IMG/VR virus record: IMGVR_UViG_3300042372_000291
Coordinates: 43,732 to 107,731 of that record
Source: a virus
Taxonomy: Duplodnaviria > Caudoviricetes
Length of the DNA: 64,000 bases
Direction: 5' to 3' (one strand)
Each line of letters opens with the position of its first letter. Position 1 is the first letter of the stretch. Both the position numbers and the translations under genes were made by a program. The notes beneath the pieces are model-generated. The model was not told the DNA's origin, made no database searches, and worked only from the letters and a program-made list of their open reading frames with translations. Shown here in pieces: positions 25,771 through 35,362 of the stretch.

Positions 25771-27327
25771 TTAACTATGAATCTTTTTTAAGATTTCATA
25801 ATGAGTTTCAGCGTTGTTAACTATATTTCTCCAATGTATTGACATTTTTTCTCTTTCTGCAAAAATTGGATCTAGCTCTTCTTTAACATTTATTTTGTAT
25901 AAATGGTTTAGTGTGTCAATACTCCATTTATTTAATGGATAATAGTCAAAACCTTGAGTAGCTATAACCATATACAAAATATTATCCATTTTTTGCTCAA
26001 TGTATGACTTTACATTTAGATCAATGATAGAGTTGTTAAACTCACGTGACGATATTCTATTCCAATATTGACTATCATCTCTCTGTGTAAGCTGAAAATG
26101 CATAGTAACAAAATCAAATGTATTTTGTATTCTTGTAATTGTACTTCTATTAAATGTTTCAATATCCCACGAAGTAATTGCGCCCCGATTAGAAAGAATT
26201 CCACAAAAGTCTAGAAGTGCACCGTGAACAAATAATAATCCAGTGCTTTCTAGTGGCTCTAAAAATGCAGCAGACAAGCCTATTGCTAATACGTTTCCAA
26301 CAAAACATTTTTCGTAATATCCATTTTTTACAGTTATATGTTTAAAGTTTAATTCTTTTGATCTGTTTGGATTATATACAGCCATTTTATCGGAATCTAG
26401 ATAATCTTTAAATTCTTGTAAAGCATCTTCATCACTGATAAATTCATCACTATATATATAGCCTGTTCCAATACGTGACCAAAGTGGTGTATTCCAAGCC
26501 CACCCATTTTTTAATGCTGTTGCATTAGTAAAAGTTTGCATCTCTTTATCTTTATCTGTATATTGAACAGGTGCAAAATAAGCTTTATTATTTGGTAAGT
26601 TGTCTTTAGTGCTAATGAATGGAACATCAAGATGCTGTCCTAAAAGCAAACTTTTAAATCCAGTGCAATCAACAAATAAGTCTCCATGTATTTCAGTTCC
26701 ATCTTCTAAAACAATAGACTCTATTGTTCCATCTTTTTTATCTATAATTTTATTAACAGTTCCTAAAATTCTTTTTACACCTTTAGGTGTACAATATTTT
26801 TCATAAAGCCAAATAGCAAATTTATTTGCATCAATTTGAAATGCCAAATCTCTTTCTGGACGATATGATACTCCGAATGATTCATCGTGTTCCATTACAA
26901 TTTTATTAGTATAAAAAGAAGAATCCGCTGGCCAATAATATCTAGCAAAATCACGATTATCTGTTTCTGGATAAAGATATTTTTTTAATGGCCAATCATT
27001 TAATTCTAGTACGTGTGGTTGTCTTGCTGCATGTCCAAATGGGAAAAAAAATGTTGGAGATGTTTCAGTTTTAAAATTAGTAAAACCAAGACCAAGTTTA
27101 AAAGCTGCATCAGTCTCACGCATAAACTCATCTCTATCTATGTCAAGAAACTTTAACCAAGTTACAAACTCAGAAGTTGTACTTTCGCCAACACCAATTC
27201 TTGGTATTTCTGCACTTTCTACTACCAATATTTCTTTTTCAGGGAAAGCTTTAATAAATGTAGCAGCACTCATCCAGCCAGCGGATCCTCCACCAACAAT
27301 TACTATTTTATTTATATTTAACGTCAT
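25771..27327 (-). CDS. Flavin-dependent tryptophan halogenase family
   Basis: GGGSAGW, IGVGEST, DCTGF, WAWNTPL, FLEPLESTG. Confidence 0.9.
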   Translation of the reverse strand: MTLNINKIVIVGGGSAGWMSAATFIKAFPEKEILVVESAEIPRIGVGESTTSEFVTWLKFLDIDRDEFMRETDAAFKLGLGFTNFKTETSPTFFFPFGHAARQPHVLELNDWPLKKYLYPETDNRDFARYYWPADSSFYTNKIVMEHDESFGVSYRPERDLAFQIDANKFAIWLYEKYCTPKGVKRILGTVNKIIDKKDGTIESIVLEDGTEIHGDLFVDCTGFKSLLLGQHLDVPFISTKDNLPNNKAYFAPVQYTDKDKEMQTFTNATALKNGWAWNTPLWSRIGTGYIYSDEFISDEDALQEFKDYLDSDKMAVYNPNRSKELNFKHITVKNGYYEKCFVGNVLAIGLSAAFLEPLESTGLLFVHGALLDFCGILSNRGAITSWDIETFNRSTITRIQNTFDFVTMHFQLTQRDDSQYWNRISSREFNNSIIDLNVKSYIEQKMDNILYMVIATQGFDYYPLNKWSIDTLNHLYKINVKEELDPIFAEREKMSIHWRNIVNNAETHYEILKKIHS

Positions 27328-27557
27328 TTATTTAAAGGCTCCCTAGTTACCAATATTATAGCACCTTCCATTTCAAGTGCTTTTTTAACCATAGAAACAT
27401 ACTTTATTGCTTCTATTTTTTCATCGTGTGTCATATTAATAAATGATTTTTCATCCAGTTTTATAGTAATAAAGCTAGTATTATCAATAACGTTTACACC
27501 AAAATTTTTTGGAGGAATAATAGAATGAAATGCTCTACGCATAGAATCTGTATACAT
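27324..27557 (-). CDS. Hypothetical protein
   Basis: Coupled ORF. Confidence 0.7.
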   Translation of the reverse strand: MYTDSMRRAFHSIIPPKNFGVNVIDNTSFITIKLDEKSFINMTHDEKIEAIKYVSMVKKALEMEGAIILVTREPLNK

Positions 27558-27760
27558 TATTTTCTACCCCACTGTATGTAATTCCATCCACGCTCATGTA
27601 TGTAATAAATAAATACTTTAACTACCGTTTCCCAGAACGCAATTGTTGCAGAAAGGGCAGCGTTCCTTGTTATAACATAAGCAACTGCAACAGATGAAAG
27701 AGTTCCCCATATGCGATAACTAAGTGCTTTTGCAAATGACCTAGCCCTGGTTACTTTCAT
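27557..27760 (-). CDS. DUF2061-like membrane protein
   Basis: RS.AKALSYR...YY.HER.W..I.WG. Confidence 0.75.
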   Translation of the reverse strand: MKVTRARSFAKALSYRIWGTLSSVAVAYVITRNAALSATIAFWETVVKVFIYYIHERGWNYIQWGRK

Positions 27761-27848
27761 CAGTGCCTCCCCATTTTTTATCAACAATGTAAACCATAAC
27801 CCCAGCAATTATAAAAGAAACAACAACTGCAATAGCATTCTCTACCAT

Positions 27849-28610
27849 TTATATGCCCATCTCTTTGCGCTTTTGTGTTGCAGAAATTGCATGAATATCT
27901 GCACCTAAATCTACTTGCTCAATCTTATATCCTACATCACGACCATATACAATGTTGGTAATGTTAGGTAATCTAAGAACCATTGCGCCATCCATAAATT
28001 CATCCTTGGCAATATATTCTTTTACCTGATCAAACTTAAGTGGATCTTTCTCGCTTGTATTGTAGGTATTGCGTACTCCAAGAAGAACTTGGTCTGTTCT
28101 CTTACCAGCCTCCTTATAAAGTGCGTGGTGGCCTTCGTGCCAAGGTTGATATCTTCCTAGCATTAGCGTTGTAGGTGCAGACCAATCATGTAATCCAAAA
28201 GTATTTATAACCATTGTAGACTTTTCATTTTGATCTAAATCGTGATTGCTAAATTTAAAGTCGTATGTTTCTGGTTTCTCAAACATCTTATTAGTGTCTT
28301 CAAACCTACCCTCAGCAATCGTATCCATGAACACTAGAATATCTGGCTTTCCAAATGCTGCACGAGCTAAATCTGTTGGACATACAAAATCTACTACTAC
28401 TGGAGCAACTCCTTGCTTAGCTATAAGTCTAGCCATCTCTCCCATACGACGTGCCTGCTCAATTCTATCTTCAGCACTGAAACCAAGATCAGAATTTACA
28501 GTTGCACGAACTTCATCTGCGTTTAGATGAATGGCATTAATGCGTTCTTTTAGCGCTTTTGCTAATTCTGTTTTTCCAGATCCAGGTAAACCTATAATTT
28601 GTATAATCAT
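27849..28610 (-). CDS. Adenylylsulfate kinase-like P-loop domain fused to an HxGH nucleotidyltransferase domain
   Basis: GLPGSGKT, DLGFS.EDR.EQARR; GRYQPWHEGH. Confidence 0.8.
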   Translation of the reverse strand: MIIQIIGLPGSGKTELAKALKERINAIHLNADEVRATVNSDLGFSAEDRIEQARRMGEMARLIAKQGVAPVVVDFVCPTDLARAAFGKPDILVFMDTIAEGRFEDTNKMFEKPETYDFKFSNHDLDQNEKSTMVINTFGLHDWSAPTTLMLGRYQPWHEGHHALYKEAGKRTDQVLLGVRNTYNTSEKDPLKFDQVKEYIAKDEFMDGAMVLRLPNITNIVYGRDVGYKIEQVDLGADIHAISATQKRKEMGI

Positions 28611-28895
28611 TTATTGCTCCATTGTCAGTGCTTGCCATGTATAAGACCATTCTTTTTTAGTCTTATGACTATTAAATTCTCTAGAGATTTCTCCATTTTC
28701 TAAATAGATACCTCCCCAAACTCCCCACTCTTTTCCAGATACGCCAACGGCAAAACAGGTTTTAGATACAGGACATGTTCTACATAAAGAATCTACAAAC
28801 TCTCTTGTTTCTATTTGTTCTTCGTAGGTATCAAAAAATACATTAGTCTCAGAACCTAAACATAATGCATCATCTTTCCATAGATGCTGTTTCAT
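28611..28895 (-). CDS. whiB: WhiB-family Fe-S transcription factor
   Basis: W...ALC...FF...C..CPV...C...GVWGG. Confidence 0.88.
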   Translation of the reverse strand: MKQHLWKDDALCLGSETNVFFDTYEEQIETREFVDSLCRTCPVSKTCFAVGVSGKEWGVWGGIYLENGEISREFNSHKTKKEWSYTWQALTMEQ

Positions 28896-28897
28896 AT

Positions 28898-29107
28898 TTA
28901 GCCTCTATACTTGTTTGGTATATCCCATCCATTACGTGTAACTGAATAGATGCGCTGTAGATACCAGACTCCATCAACCCTAACACCGTTAACGGCAGTA
29001 CGACCTGACTCAGATCTTTTAAGATCTCTTACATCCCAGCCAAGCCAAGATAGCTCTTTATTTTTTGCTACAATTTTTTCCATTTTTTCTAAATTTGTTA
29101 CAATCAT
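28898..29107 (-). CDS. Hypothetical protein
   Basis: Operon ORF. Confidence 0.7.
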   Translation of the reverse strand: MIVTNLEKMEKIVAKNKELSWLGWDVRDLKRSESGRTAVNGVRVDGVWYLQRIYSVTRNGWDIPNKYRG

Positions 29108-29115
29108 TATTACTC

Positions 29116-29466
29116 CTAATATCTAAAAATTCCAACTTCAATATTTTTTAATTCTGCTTCTGCAACTAACTTAGAAACAGACTGCTTAGGCTTACTTAAA
29201 AATGCAAAATAGTTTATATACTCCATATTTTCAATTACCCATGAAGGTGGAACCTTGTAGTTTTTAATTTTCATTCCACGTGCCTTCATTCCACGTTCAG
29301 ACAAATTACAAAATTCTATAACCATAGAATTAACTTTAGATGGACCTACAGAGTATATGTGTAGTTCGGTATCTTCATTTTTCATTTCAGACATAGCAAC
29401 TCCCATTGCTCGCAAAAAAGTATTGTAGTCGTTAAACTCGTTACTACCCTGAACCACTAAATTCAT
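29116..29466 (-). CDS. SLOG/YspA-like protein
   Basis: VVQGS.EFNDY N-terminal pattern. Confidence 0.5.
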   Translation of the reverse strand: MNLVVQGSNEFNDYNTFLRAMGVAMSEMKNEDTELHIYSVGPSKVNSMVIEFCNLSERGMKARGMKIKNYKVPPSWVIENMEYINYFAFLSKPKQSVSKLVAEAELKNIEVGIFRY

Positions 29467-29834
29467 CTGTCATCCTCCTTTACTATATTATCCAGTATAA
29501 AAAGCATTTTGTCAAGCTCTTGTTTAGACATTTCGGATATGTTTACTGGTTGTGCATTTACCATGTTAGGAATATTATCAATAACATTAGTATAATAAAA
29601 TATGTTATCTTGAACCCAATATGCGGTCTCGTCAAAAACTAAAACTTTTACAGCATCCTTTTGTCTACTATTCATTTGTGTTTTTTTTTGTTTTTTAACT
29701 GTTTGATTGTTTAAATATTTTTTTATTAATATGTGATTGTCTAATTGAGATGGCACATAGTCTTTTTTATTATAAAAAAAATATCTATAAACAAAAAAAA
29801 ATAATATAAAAATTATTGCATATGTTTCTAACAT
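29463..29834 (-). CDS. Membrane-anchored hypothetical protein
   Basis: N-terminal TM. Confidence 0.65.
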   Translation of the reverse strand: MLETYAIIFILFFFVYRYFFYNKKDYVPSQLDNHILIKKYLNNQTVKKQKKTQMNSRQKDAVKVLVFDETAYWVQDNIFYYTNVIDNIPNMVNAQPVNISEMSKQELDKMLFILDNIVKEDDR

Positions 29835-29840
29835 AGGCTA

Positions 29841-30164
29841 CTATTTCTTATTGTTTTTTCTTTTTTTTACAAAAACAGTTTCCCCATCATGATTTGTAGT
29901 TTTTACCCTATCTGTTTCATTTTCAATAATACCCTCAAAATGTGCTAATCTTCTTTGATATGACTCAATTAAATTTTTTTGTGACTCTTTAAAAGAGTCT
30001 TGTCTTTTATTAATTTCTTCTTCCATAGATTTATTTTTATCTACTAAAATTCTTTGCACATCTACCTGAAGCAGAACATACTTATATTCCAGATCAACGC
30101 ATTTTGCCTTATAATAATCTACAATTTTTTTGTAGTCTTCAAAGGTTAAATTATTTTCAGACAT
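29841..30164 (-). CDS. Coiled-coil hypothetical protein
   Basis: ORF with SD. Confidence 0.65.
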   Translation of the reverse strand: MSENNLTFEDYKKIVDYYKAKCVDLEYKYVLLQVDVQRILVDKNKSMEEEINKRQDSFKESQKNLIESYQRRLAHFEGIIENETDRVKTTNHDGETVFVKKRKNNKK

Positions 30165-30176
30165 TACCCAAACCCC

Positions 30177-30644
30177 TTATTTTAAACTAAAATTAGAACC
30201 TTGCCAAAGCTTTTCTGTTTTTTTCTTTTCACGTTCAACAATTGAGCGTGACCAAGAAAATCCTGCATCCCCACCCCAAGCATCCCACATAATTCTTCCA
30301 TTAGATGGGTTACTAGTATTATAGAAGTCTTTTCCCTTTTTGTCAACCTCATGACGAGAAAAGAAAGAATACATTCTTTTAACTGTATCTAATGAAAGTC
30401 CACGTCCAGCAACTATATCTGTTGCTCTTCCCCATCCGACTGGAGTTCCAGCACCTGTTGCTTTACCTTCTTCTTTCCAACGCAAGGCACGTCTAGCTGC
30501 TGCCTTCATTCCAGAAGTAGGAGTATATGTGTCAGCTTTATGAAAATCTGATGGATTTACTATATTACTTCTTGTCATCTTTTTTATACTCCCCATACTT
30601 ACCAAGAACTGATTTAATTGTTCCGTTTTTATTAAGACGCACAA
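30177..30644 (-). CDS. Conserved phage protein (TVKRMYSFFSRHE...WGGDAG)
   Basis: Motif seen in phage head-associated proteins; start uncertain. Confidence 0.7.
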   Translation of the reverse strand: MCVLIKTEQLNQFLVSMGSIKKMTRSNIVNPSDFHKADTYTPTSGMKAAARRALRWKEEGKATGAGTPVGWGRATDIVAGRGLSLDTVKRMYSFFSRHEVDKKGKDFYNTSNPSNGRIMWDAWGGDAGFSWSRSIVEREKKKTEKLWQGSNFSLK

Positions 30645-30707
30645 TCATTCCATCTTTTATTTGAATGGCATTAAAAGGATGCTTAGTTTTATATTTTCCA
30701 GATGACA

Positions 30708-31547
30708 TTATTTTATAAATGGGTTAAGATCAAAAATTGATCCAGACCATTCCCCCATACTTTTTGAAGTTTCTGACTTGTATGTTCCTCCACGACGCTT
30801 ATACTCTTGTACCACCCAACCATTTGCAACTGCAGATGGATATACATCAAACTTATCTTTTGCTTCTTGAACTATTCTTGCATATAAACGTGGATTTGAT
30901 GGAGTTGACCCACCTCTACGTGGCTTAATCATTTCTCCATAGTTTGGCTTCTTAGCCTTATTCATATCTGAACAACACATGCTCTTCATTCCAGATGCTA
31001 AACATACTGGACATTGATCACAGCTAACGTTCAATTCTTTACATGTTGGACATCCGCACCCCTCATATTGCTTGTCCATTTCATCATCTTCCATATCGTC
31101 TTCTTCAGTAATAGACCCGTCTACTGACTTATCTATTCCAACATTTGATTCAAGAGATGGCATTGCCATTACTTCTGATGCTTTCTTTCCAACAAAGTAT
31201 TCTGTTTCTTCTAATCCGCCCTCTTCCATTTCAAAGAGTTGAATTAATACCGCTGGTTCTTCTGGTGATGCCATGAGAGCATACTCTGATCCAGGCATTC
31301 CAAGCATACCCTCTGTCATTACATGAACTACACGACCAACATAAACTTCGTCGTCATTTGGTGCCATCACCATGTCGCCCTCTTTAATCATAGACTTACC
31401 TATATTTCCTTCGCTAATATTAATAGCATAAATTTGACGAGCAGCAGCTCCTCTTGTTTTATGGCAGCCCATAACAGTACCGTCGTCTTTCAGGGCAGGG
31501 TATCCTGCACAACCGTACGAACCTTTAGAACCTACATGATATGGCAC
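30708..31547 (-). CDS. Multidomain phage protein with DUF5872-like C-terminus
   Basis: LY......AK.KF..YPSA.AN...V.EYK.RGG.Y. Confidence 0.65.
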   Translation of the reverse strand: MPYHVGSKGSYGCAGYPALKDDGTVMGCHKTRGAAARQIYAINISEGNIGKSMIKEGDMVMAPNDDEVYVGRVVHVMTEGMLGMPGSEYALMASPEEPAVLIQLFEMEEGGLEETEYFVGKKASEVMAMPSLESNVGIDKSVDGSITEEDDMEDDEMDKQYEGCGCPTCKELNVSCDQCPVCLASGMKSMCCSDMNKAKKPNYGEMIKPRRGGSTPSNPRLYARIVQEAKDKFDVYPSAVANGWVVQEYKRRGGTYKSETSKSMGEWSGSIFDLNPFIK

Positions 31548-31549
31548 AC

Positions 31550-31897
31550 TTACATTATATCAGAGTTCTTAGACCTTAAGATTCTCTTTATTTCTTCTAT
31601 TCCCCATCTATCTTCTTTAGATAATTTGGAGATTTCTACCTCATCAAATGCCTTTGACGTAAGGCGAACTATAGGATTATTTTCTGTCATATTAATATTT
31701 AAAAATCCATTTTCCCATAGCCTCATAAGTTCTCCATTGACATGGGCAACATGCTCTTGGTATAGCATTGGAGATACCTCTTTTAATTTAGGGGTAAAGT
31801 TGTATAATAACTCTCCAGTTTCCATATCTATTCCAGCTGGCTCCAGTGCTCCAGAAAGAATTAGCTGGTCCATCATTTCTTCATGCTCATTATCCAT
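31550..31897 (-). CDS. Hypothetical protein, paralog of 45036..45269
   Basis: LIL..A....G.D.ETGE..Y..T.KLKEVSP shared. Confidence 0.75.
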   Translation of the reverse strand: MDNEHEEMMDQLILSGALEPAGIDMETGELLYNFTPKLKEVSPMLYQEHVAHVNGELMRLWENGFLNINMTENNPIVRLTSKAFDEVEISKLSKEDRWGIEEIKRILRSKNSDIM

Positions 31898-32144
31898 TTA
31901 TAAATTCTACCAATTGCTCTCTTGTTTGTCCACCAATAATTCTATTTTTTTCTATTCCCTCATCAAATAAAATAAAAGTTGGTATAGATTGAATACCAAA
32001 ATTCTTAACTAATTCGTAGTTATCATCAACATCAATAATCTGAAACGCAGCAGTGCTTTGCTCACGATTTAATTGTTCAACAATTGGTCTTGTCTTCTTG
32101 CATGGTTGACACCAGTCAGCAGTAAAATAATAAACAGTTTTCAT
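31890..32144 (-). CDS. Thioredoxin
   Basis: FTADWCQPCK; IQSIPTF. Confidence 0.9.
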   Translation of the reverse strand: MKTVYYFTADWCQPCKKTRPIVEQLNREQSTAAFQIIDVDDNYELVKNFGIQSIPTFILFDEGIEKNRIIGGQTREQLVEFING

Positions 32145-32146
32145 TA

Positions 32147-32410
32147 TTAGTTAGAACTTCCAACTAATCTATTTTCAATTAGTTTTTCTCGTTCATCAAT
32201 AATCTCAAGCATAAAAGACATCATTTTTGTATAAGAGTTTGGATCATTCATGATTTTATCGTAATGATGACCACAAAACATTAAATCTCCAGTTACACCT
32301 TTCACCTGCACATAGGCCTGTGCTCCACATTTATCGCATCTATCTATTGCTTTTAATTGCCATTCTTTTTCTTGTATAGTTGGATGATCTTTAATAACTG
32401 GTCTAGCCAT
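32147..32410 (-). CDS. Actinobacterial Zn-binding protein (DRCD.CGAQAY...FCGHH)
   Basis: Cys/His motif. Confidence 0.7.
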   Translation of the reverse strand: MARPVIKDHPTIQEKEWQLKAIDRCDKCGAQAYVQVKGVTGDLMFCGHHYDKIMNDPNSYTKMMSFMLEIIDEREKLIENRLVGSSN

Positions 32411-32424
32411 AATATTATTATACT

Positions 32425-32601
32425 CTACTTTCTGTTATCCGTTGAATAAAATCCTGAACCATTAAAAAGAACTCCAGGTGGGCTTGTCCACATTCTTGTC
32501 ATTATTGTTTGACAACAGGATGGCTCTCTATCTTCACCAAACCCACGCTGGAATTCTATTACAGAAGAACAAACATTACATTTATAGTCATATACTGGCA
32601 T
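32425..32601 (-). CDS. FmdB-family zinc-ribbon protein
   Basis: Manual translation: MPVYDYKC..C...F.GSGFYSTD. Confidence 0.8.
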   Translation of the reverse strand: MPVYDYKCNVCSSVIEFQRGFGEDREPSCCQTIMTRMWTSPPGVLFNGSGFYSTDNRK

Positions 32602-32640
32602 AAACTTAGTATATCACTGCATAATCAATGTTGTCAACTG

Positions 32641-33060
32641 TTACTTGATTTTGATTGTTTTTGGTTTTTTTTCTTCTGGAATGTTTCTTTCCACGAAGAC
32701 GCTAAGAATACCGTCTGCCATTTCAGCACGATCAACCTCCATATACTCTCCAAGAGCAAAGGTGCGTGTGAATTTCCTGGTTGCAATACCCTTATGCAAT
32801 ACCTCGTTTGAAGCATCTTCGGTTTTCTCACCCTTGATAATTAAACTTCCATTATCTACAGAAACCTCTACCTCACTCTTACTAAAGCCAGCAAGTGCTA
32901 AAGATAGCTTATAAGTGTCTTCATCAAGCTTTACCACATCATACGGTGGATAAGACTGACGAGTTGCTTCACGATGTATGTTTGAAAGACGGTCCAACTC
33001 TCTGTTGAAACCAATAAAAAAAGGATCTTTAAAAAGATCCAATGCAAATGAACTTACCAT
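32641..33060 (-). CDS. Small heat-shock protein Hsp20
   Basis: YPPYDV, ALAGF, LHKGIA.R.F.R.F.L, DGIL; AGGAG SD before ATG 33060. Confidence 0.92.
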   Translation of the reverse strand: MVSSFALDLFKDPFFIGFNRELDRLSNIHREATRQSYPPYDVVKLDEDTYKLSLALAGFSKSEVEVSVDNGSLIIKGEKTEDASNEVLHKGIATRKFTRTFALGEYMEVDRAEMADGILSVFVERNIPEEKKPKTIKIK

Positions 33061-33112
33061 TTTATTCTCCTTTTCAGCGAGTTTCATTTATGTACCCCCT
33101 TTTGGCAGGCAC
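33061..33112 (-). promoter_or_regulatory. ROSE-like RNA thermometer in the hsp20 5' UTR
   Basis: CTCGCT-GAAA-AGGAG hairpin with a bulged G sequestering the SD. Confidence 0.6.
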
Positions 33113-33133
33113 AGCAATAATTATATCACATAT

Positions 33134-33835
33134 TTATATTAAGTTTTGCTTAATTTCCTTTAATATGTGTTTTTTATGATTAAATTTTTCATAAAATAAA
33201 TCTAAGCTATGATATCTTTTAGACTTATAATTTTGAATACTAACTGAAGATTTAAGATAAGACTCAATTTTATCATTAACAATGAATTGTTTAAAAACTA
33301 TTTTTTTATCTGTATGAAATCTTATGTAATAAAGAACATCTTCGTATCCAACATTAAATTCATCAAAATTGTCTTTTAAAATAAATGGAAATTCTAATGG
33401 CCTAAACCACTTTCCTATATCATATTGTCCAGGAATTGGTATGCATCTTTTTGATATTTCGTTTTGTTCTAAGAATGGAAATTCATAAGCTGTTATTGGC
33501 AAGCTTTCTTCGTCTGTAAAAAATATGTATCTATTATTAAAACTAAAAAACTTATTTTCTATAGATCTTACAACTACATGCTCATCAAAAAAGTTTTGAT
33601 CGTACATATCTGTTTTTAATTCATTATCTATAATTGTAAAGTTATAATCATATAATGAGTTTACAGAATAAAGATTTTTTAAATTTTTATTAAAAGCTGG
33701 ACAATAGTTTAGGGACGTTCCTCCATAATTACTATTGCTTATATCGGATGAATAAAAAGTTTTTGATACGCTAAAGGGTTCTTTAGCTCTCATCCATTCA
33801 CTTTCAAAACAAGCCCAATAAACATTTATACTCAT
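33134..33835 (-). CDS. Paralog family B (distantly related to the dUTPase-like family)
   Basis: INVYWA, CPA, PGQYDIGKWFR; paralog of 43933..44703. Confidence 0.7.
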   Translation of the reverse strand: MSINVYWACFESEWMRAKEPFSVSKTFYSSDISNSNYGGTSLNYCPAFNKNLKNLYSVNSLYDYNFTIIDNELKTDMYDQNFFDEHVVVRSIENKFFSFNNRYIFFTDEESLPITAYEFPFLEQNEISKRCIPIPGQYDIGKWFRPLEFPFILKDNFDEFNVGYEDVLYYIRFHTDKKIVFKQFIVNDKIESYLKSSVSIQNYKSKRYHSLDLFYEKFNHKKHILKEIKQNLI

Positions 33836-34221
33836 ATTTTTGTTTCCTCACTTATTGTATCAAAACTTTTTGTCAAATAAGTAATTGCTCTATTTAGTCT
33901 ATCTGTATTGTCTTGAAATATTCCAAGTCCCCTGTTACAGTTATGGCATAAATGTCCTCTAAATGTATCTGTATTATGATCGTGATCTACTACCCAAATA
34001 CTTGCATTTCCACCAGTACCTTTTAATTCTTCTTCATTTTTTAAACAAATAGGACATATGTAATCTATTGGAGGATATCCATATAATTTTCTAAGAACAT
34101 CTCTTTCTTTTGAAAGTTTTTTTGCACAAGACTTACACTCAGGTCTTAAATATTTACCACCGCTTGATGGTGAAAATTGAGAAACTGATAATTCTTGTTT
34201 ACATTTGCTACAAGTTTTCAC
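33832..34221 (-). CDS. Endonuclease VII-like HNH (homing-type) endonuclease
   Basis: VVDHDH....RG.LC..CN.GLG.F.D. Confidence 0.85.
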   Translation of the reverse strand: MKTCSKCKQELSVSQFSPSSGGKYLRPECKSCAKKLSKERDVLRKLYGYPPIDYICPICLKNEEELKGTGGNASIWVVDHDHNTDTFRGHLCHNCNRGLGIFQDNTDRLNRAITYLTKSFDTISEETKI

Positions 34222-34222
34222 G

Positions 34223-34294
34223 AGCCCCCCGTCAGGATTGAACTGACGACCTTCCGCTTACAAGGCGGATGCTCTACCACTGAGCTAGAGAGGC
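34223..34294 (-). tRNA. tRNA-Thr(TGT)
   Basis: Cloverleaf; loop CTTGTAA. Confidence 0.92.
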
Positions 34295-34297
34295 GTG

Positions 34298-34368
34298 AGC
34301 GGATGACCAGAATCGAACTGGCACCGTCTGCTTGGAAGGCAGAGGCACTACCATTATGCAACATCCGC
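34298..34368 (-). tRNA. tRNA-Gly(TCC)
   Basis: Cloverleaf; loop CTTCCAA. Confidence 0.92.
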
Positions 34369-34372
34369 AGTG

Positions 34373-34445
34373 CTGGACTGGTAGGATTCGAACCTACGAC
34401 CTAGGAGTTAACAGCTCCCCGCTCTGCCTACTGAGCTACAGTCCA
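34373..34445 (-). tRNA. tRNA-Asn(GTT)
   Basis: Cloverleaf; loop CTGTTAA. Confidence 0.92.
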
Positions 34446-34452
34446 AAACCAA

Positions 34453-35352
34453 TTAACCTAAAACATCAACAAATGAATTGGTTGATGTGAATTGATTGCT
34501 GGTTGCCTTACCAATAGATTTTAAATAATCAAATGTTGCTTGATAAGTTCCCTTATAATTCTTTGCCCAGTATGCAGACAAAGCAACAGTAGATGCTGAT
34601 GTGCCTACAGAATTCTTTACTGGAGTCATAAATGTTCCAAGAGCATAAAAATCTACCTCTGGAGCAGTATTAAAGAAAATAGAAAGTGTTGGTAATTCTC
34701 CAGCCTTATGAGCATTGGATCCGCCAACTGCTACTGCTTGTGGAATACATGCAGGGAAGTTAATTCGTGAACGATCACGACCATTTCCTGCTGCAAACAT
34801 TGTAGCAACACCATTTGACATAAGTGTTTCAATATTAGAAACCAACTTTGTATGTGGTGCTTTAATTGGACAATAGCTACCAGTTCTATTATATGATGCG
34901 TGTCCAGCAGATGCTGAAACAGACACGATATTATACTTAGACTTGTTTGCAATAGTCCAATCAAGTGCTCGTGTTACTGAAACATCTGAGAATGAATACA
35001 TTTTTTGTGTTCGTGGATTCATTCCTGCAACACGAATAAAAATAATATTGACATTTGGATTAACTTGTAATGCAATAAGAGACATCAAAGTTCCATGTTC
35101 AAATCCATTACTGTATGCCTGTGTTACTGGAAGGCTTGCAGCCCCAGAACCTTCTTGAAACATTGTTCCGTTAGGACATACACCAGATTCTACCAAGCAT
35201 ACTTCCTGAATAATTTTGCCCTTAAATTCTGAGCGTGTAGAATCAATTGCTGTATCAATAATAACAATAGATTCATTTGCTGCTTGTGCACTTACTGGTT
35301 GCAATAGTGTAAAACCAAAAACTATTGCAATCCCCACTGCGATTTTCTTCAT
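34453..35352 (-). CDS. Secreted S8 subtilase-family peptidase
   Basis: Signal peptide; IIDT, HGT, AAGN, GTS triad motifs. Confidence 0.82.
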   Translation of the reverse strand: MKKIAVGIAIVFGFTLLQPVSAQAANESIVIIDTAIDSTRSEFKGKIIQEVCLVESGVCPNGTMFQEGSGAASLPVTQAYSNGFEHGTLMSLIALQVNPNVNIIFIRVAGMNPRTQKMYSFSDVSVTRALDWTIANKSKYNIVSVSASAGHASYNRTGSYCPIKAPHTKLVSNIETLMSNGVATMFAAGNGRDRSRINFPACIPQAVAVGGSNAHKAGELPTLSIFFNTAPEVDFYALGTFMTPVKNSVGTSASTVALSAYWAKNYKGTYQATFDYLKSIGKATSNQFTSTNSFVDVLG

Positions 35353-35362
35353 TTTTCTCCCT

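Noticed and set aside
31323-31970. 215-aa plus-strand ORF
   Set aside because: Antisense to three well-supported minus-strand genes; no SD or recognisable motif
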